Below, piece by piece: positions 60,557 to 64,000 of a DNA stretch of 64,000 bases; the stretch's first letter is position 1; the number at the start of each line of letters is the position of its first letter. This stretch comes from a virus (Duplodnaviria; Heunggongvirae; Uroviricota; Caudoviricetes). A program made the translations under genes and the position numbers. Location: the IMG/VR virus record IMGVR_UViG_3300046047_000272, one strand, 5' to 3'. Below the pieces are notes generated by a model. It searched no databases and was not told the DNA's origin. It saw only the letters and a program-made list of their open reading frames with translations.

Positions 60557-61423
60557 ATGGATACTCAGTATCAGGAGACAGTAATTGATCATGCGACATG
60601 GCTGCCAGAACTCATCAAGAATGACGTTCTACCAGTCATCAGATCAGTAACTATGTATCGTATTGGTTATCGAAAGGGCGATGACGTCTTCATCATAACA
60701 GATCCTGACCAGCAGGTTCATACGATACCCAGAAATGATCATAAGGGTAATATCGAGTTAAAACAATATGTCCAACTCATGAAACATGATCCCAATCATG
60801 AACTATGGTTTGATGATACTGTAGAGGATCTAGGCGAGATGTATAGCGTGTCTAATGCTTTGTGCATGATTATGAACATGTCAGACGATGAGTATGATCA
60901 ACTTCCTGAAGCTGAAGCCAACGATAGTCATAAGCGTCCAAATGATCTCGTGTTCATAAAATCAAAGCCTGGTTTCATGGAGGAACTCATGGCTGCAAGA
61001 TCCGCCTATCGAGCGTTTCTTACAATCAGAGACGAGTGGCTGGAGGATCCAAGGAATACGATACTCGCGTATCAGTTCATTGATCATCATCCAATTGGAT
61101 GGCATCTCCGCAATGAGGCTTCTACTGGCGTACCCCTATCGCATACTCGAATCGCCACATCAGGACTATTCAGTAGTATGATGGGCTGGCAGACCTATTG
61201 CGACCATCATCGGCTGCTCGTCGAGCCATTAGCCTTTTGTCACGATCCGCGACTTGATTATGTTGGATCTGATTTGTCAGATATCGTCGTCAATGTAGCG
61301 GAGCGTATTGACAGGTATTATCTGCCTAATGGTGATGACCGATCACTGCCTGATGACCATACTACTCACATAAAGAACGATCATCATCACAATGAGGAAG
61401 ACGAGGGACATCATGAATCCTAA
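60557..61423 (+). CDS. hypothetical protein
   Basis: AAAGGA RBS, 288 aa. Confidence 0.75.
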   Translation: MDTQYQETVIDHATWLPELIKNDVLPVIRSVTMYRIGYRKGDDVFIITDPDQQVHTIPRNDHKGNIELKQYVQLMKHDPNHELWFDDTVEDLGEMYSVSNALCMIMNMSDDEYDQLPEAEANDSHKRPNDLVFIKSKPGFMEELMAARSAYRAFLTIRDEWLEDPRNTILAYQFIDHHPIGWHLRNEASTGVPLSHTRIATSGLFSSMMGWQTYCDHHRLLVEPLAFCHDPRLDYVGSDLSDIVVNVAERIDRYYLPNGDDRSLPDDHTTHIKNDHHHNEEDEGHHES

Positions 61424-61841
61424 TGATGAGCATGATTGGCTGATGGACGCCAAGTTGAATGAGGAGTCTGAGCAACCCGCTCGTCGGCAAGTGTCAACGG
61501 TCGAATCGATCGTGCCAGCCGCCACCGTACAGGACTCGGATGACTCTGACGAACCAGAAGCTGTTCCTGATGTACTGGGTCCTGATGATCAACTTGAGAG
61601 TGGAATGTGGTACGTGGACGAGGACACTGAGGACAGTGAGGGCGCTCGCGTGACGAATCGTACTTGGTGGCTGTATACTCGTGGTCACTGGCTGGTTGGC
61701 GATGAGAAGTTCGGCGGGTACTGGGATTATGATTACAATAAGGAGATCCTGTTCGCACCGCATCAACCGCCATCAAGAGCCGTCCTGGAGAAGGCGTACC
61801 CATTTGGTCAGCGTCAGACCATTATCGGGGGTTCCTGGTGA
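61413..61841 (+). CDS. hypothetical protein
   Basis: Acidic N-terminus, W/Y-rich C-terminus; overlaps its neighbours. Confidence 0.65.
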   Translation: MNPNDEHDWLMDAKLNEESEQPARRQVSTVESIVPAATVQDSDDSDEPEAVPDVLGPDDQLESGMWYVDEDTEDSEGARVTNRTWWLYTRGHWLVGDEKFGGYWDYDYNKEILFAPHQPPSRAVLEKAYPFGQRQTIIGGSW

Positions 61842-62419
61842 GTATCAGGCTCTACAATGGGTTCAGGGTCATTGGCGAGACCGACCCATTCATCGCCGCC
61901 ATGAGTATCAGGCGAGTACTGGAACCATACTGGTATCAGAGTATAACCACGATCATGGAAACGTACCATGACCTGCCCGAGGGTTCGCGATGGTCTGATA
62001 TTCCCGAGTTCTTCGATGATGACACTGTGATCGATAAGCGGCGATTACCCGTTGAGGTGATTGATCGTGTGGAACGCTTCCATCAGTCAAGGACCGTTGA
62101 GCTCACTGATGCTGACATCGCGTATGACGTGACGTTAATGCGATCAGGTGATGGTGAGGGGCTCCTCGGCTTATTGTTCACTCAGGCCGCGGCTGCTAGC
62201 ACTGTGCTCATGTCATCAGGTGTGGTTGAGGAGTACGGGTACTGGGATAATGCTGATCATCCTGGTATCAGTGAGTATGCGTGGTCTGAGCGTGAACGAG
62301 CATGGTCACCCCTGGTATCAGGTGATGACGTACCCGCGGCCATTGGACTATCCTTCTCATCGCCTGGGAGGATGCTCACCTTGGATCATCTTCAAGCGGC
62401 ATTAGGCAGTCTTCGGTAA
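61838..62419 (+). CDS. hypothetical protein
   Basis: GTGA overlap; MS..LYNGFR and EYGYWDN.DHP.....W.ER..AW motifs. Confidence 0.7.
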   Translation: MSIRLYNGFRVIGETDPFIAAMSIRRVLEPYWYQSITTIMETYHDLPEGSRWSDIPEFFDDDTVIDKRRLPVEVIDRVERFHQSRTVELTDADIAYDVTLMRSGDGEGLLGLLFTQAAAASTVLMSSGVVEEYGYWDNADHPGISEYAWSERERAWSPLVSGDDVPAAIGLSFSSPGRMLTLDHLQAALGSLR

Positions 62420-62431
62420 GCATAATCGATA

Positions 62432-62848
62432 TTGCGTGACCTTGGTATTAATCATCATATGAGGAGGGGAAGGTTCGTGTCTAATCAGGACGGGCAATCC
62501 AAGGACACTGGCGTGGTGTCAACTGGTGATCATGGGTTCACTGTGAGCATGCTTCGTGATGCTACAGGATTGACTGAGCGTCAGATTGGCCGTCTTTTCG
62601 GCGTCACCCAACGTGATGTTCACAATTGGATAACAGGTTCGCCAATGGGTCCACGATACGCTGAACGATTGGATACGCTGCGAGCAGTCGTCGCAAGGCT
62701 TCGCTCAAATGATCCCGTTGAGCGGATACAAGAGTTACTGGACTCATCGAGGGGGATGAGCATGTTCCATCAATTAGTCCGTGAGGTCCGGTCTGGTCAC
62801 ATCATTCAGGGTGACGCTATGTCTGCGAGAGATCAGCTTGGCTTATGA
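62432..62848 (+). CDS. Xre-type HTH protein, antitoxin-like
   Basis: LRDATGLT..QIGRLFGVT.R.VHNW..G..M; true start probably downstream of 62432. Confidence 0.7.
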   Translation: MRDLGINHHMRRGRFVSNQDGQSKDTGVVSTGDHGFTVSMLRDATGLTERQIGRLFGVTQRDVHNWITGSPMGPRYAERLDTLRAVVARLRSNDPVERIQELLDSSRGMSMFHQLVREVRSGHIIQGDAMSARDQLGL

Positions 62849-63248
62849 TATAATGAATATTAAGACTTTTTTTGATACAGGAGGATAATCATGGTGAATC
62901 ATGATAAGCAACAGGGTGCGTCATCAGATGATGAGAGCAAGAAGACGAAGGTATCGTTCGGAGAAGTGGTTACAGACGTCTGTACTATGACTGCATCCTT
63001 GTTCGGTTTCTTGTTGATATTGCTCAGTCTCTTGTTTACAAGCTTGAATGAATAGCATCAAAACGCTGCGATTAGGCAGTACTCGGTTCAGAATTATAGT
63101 CAGTATCATCAGCATGATAACACACCTAAGAAAACCCAGAAGGATCATCATCCTGAGCAATCATCCGATGGATTGCAAGCTTGAAGCGTTGTGATATAAT
63201 GCGTGCGGAATCATATGGGAAGGATATGATAATGAGGGGATACAATCA

Positions 63249-63833
63249 ATGACACATTTTCTCGGTGTGGTGCTCGATGATAAGACCAATAGTCACGATG
63301 AGGAATTATTAGAACCGTTTTCTGAGAACTTGGAGATTCCAGCGTATATTGGTGAGAAGCTCGATGATTGGCTGGCGGATGAACGCCGTGAGCTCAGTGA
63401 GGACAGTCCTGATCGCAATCTTACTGACGATCAATTCAAGCGTAAGATTATAAGCCAGGGGTATTATCATTATGATGATCATGGTAATCGTTTGACGACC
63501 TATAATCCTGATAGTCAGTGGGATTGGTATTCTGTCGGTGGTCGCTGGGCTGAGGATCTTGAGGATCTATACGGGACTAGTACGAGCATTCCAGTGAACA
63601 AATTCCTGCAGATTCTTACTGAGGAGCTGGACGAAGATCAGATTCCAAGGGCGCTCGTGTATGACGATCCTGAGAAGGGACCGACATGGCTTGAGGATGG
63701 ACCCACCGGATGGTTTGGCATGCATGATCAGGTTATTGATCCCGAGGAATGGCGTCAAATCATCGTTGACAAACTGACAGCATATAAGCACGATCCTAAT
63801 GTTTTTGTATGGTTCTACGACTTCCATATCTGA
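63249..63833 (+). CDS. hypothetical protein typical of phages and mobile elements
   Basis: MTHF..V, LL.PF.EN, TYNPDS.WDWY.VGGRW, GWFG, DFH motifs. Confidence 0.75.
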   Translation: MTHFLGVVLDDKTNSHDEELLEPFSENLEIPAYIGEKLDDWLADERRELSEDSPDRNLTDDQFKRKIISQGYYHYDDHGNRLTTYNPDSQWDWYSVGGRWAEDLEDLYGTSTSIPVNKFLQILTEELDEDQIPRALVYDDPEKGPTWLEDGPTGWFGMHDQVIDPEEWRQIIVDKLTAYKHDPNVFVWFYDFHI

Positions 63834-64000
63834 TTTGAACGACTATGGAGAGGACAATCTTATGAGCTTATCGACATTTGACGCTTACATGAATGATCCC
63901 ATCCCAGAGGGCAAGACGCTCATATATGGTCGTTCAGACGATACCGTGTTATGTGACGGCTATGTTGACGAGGAATTTGAGGCCATTGACTCGACGCCAG

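Noticed and set aside
62891-63184. In-frame TAG suggesting stop-codon recoding
   Set aside because: TAG terminates well-supported genes (42300, 43441) and long genes are intact in code 11; more likely a nonsense change or a short gene.

Overview
Gene-dense accessory DNA that looks like part of a very large extrachromosomal element (megaplasmid or jumbo phage) of an actinobacterial, probably Bifidobacteriaceae-like, host; this host call is inference from the LCP, aspartase, TPI and PTH2-type proteins. No virion, rRNA, tRNA, CRISPR or transposase genes were recognised. Cargo includes nucleotide/NAD/RNA-repair enzymes, auxiliary metabolic genes (fba, tpiA, aspA), AAA/vWA and vWA/J-domain pairs, a DnaG-like primase, two HNH proteins, a tandem WYL-like protein and an expanded family of membrane proteins with conserved ends and variable TM cores. 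The most unusual signals are non-coding. (1) A modular dispersed repeat system at six intergenic loci: 10 copies of a 73-75 bp hairpin module A, 7 copies of module B with an invariant 26-bp core, a fixed 217-218 bp B-to-A distance and variable 170-220 bp A-to-B linkers. (2) A separate 131-bp element in 4 copies whose hairpin loop is found in both orientations (flip/flop). (3) A recurrent GCGTGTC-N16-TAnnAT promoter. (4) A shared N-terminal Cys tag on two unrelated enzymes. All alignments were done by eye and no database searches were run. Several 1-bp frameshifts in short homopolymers suggest possible sequencing indels.
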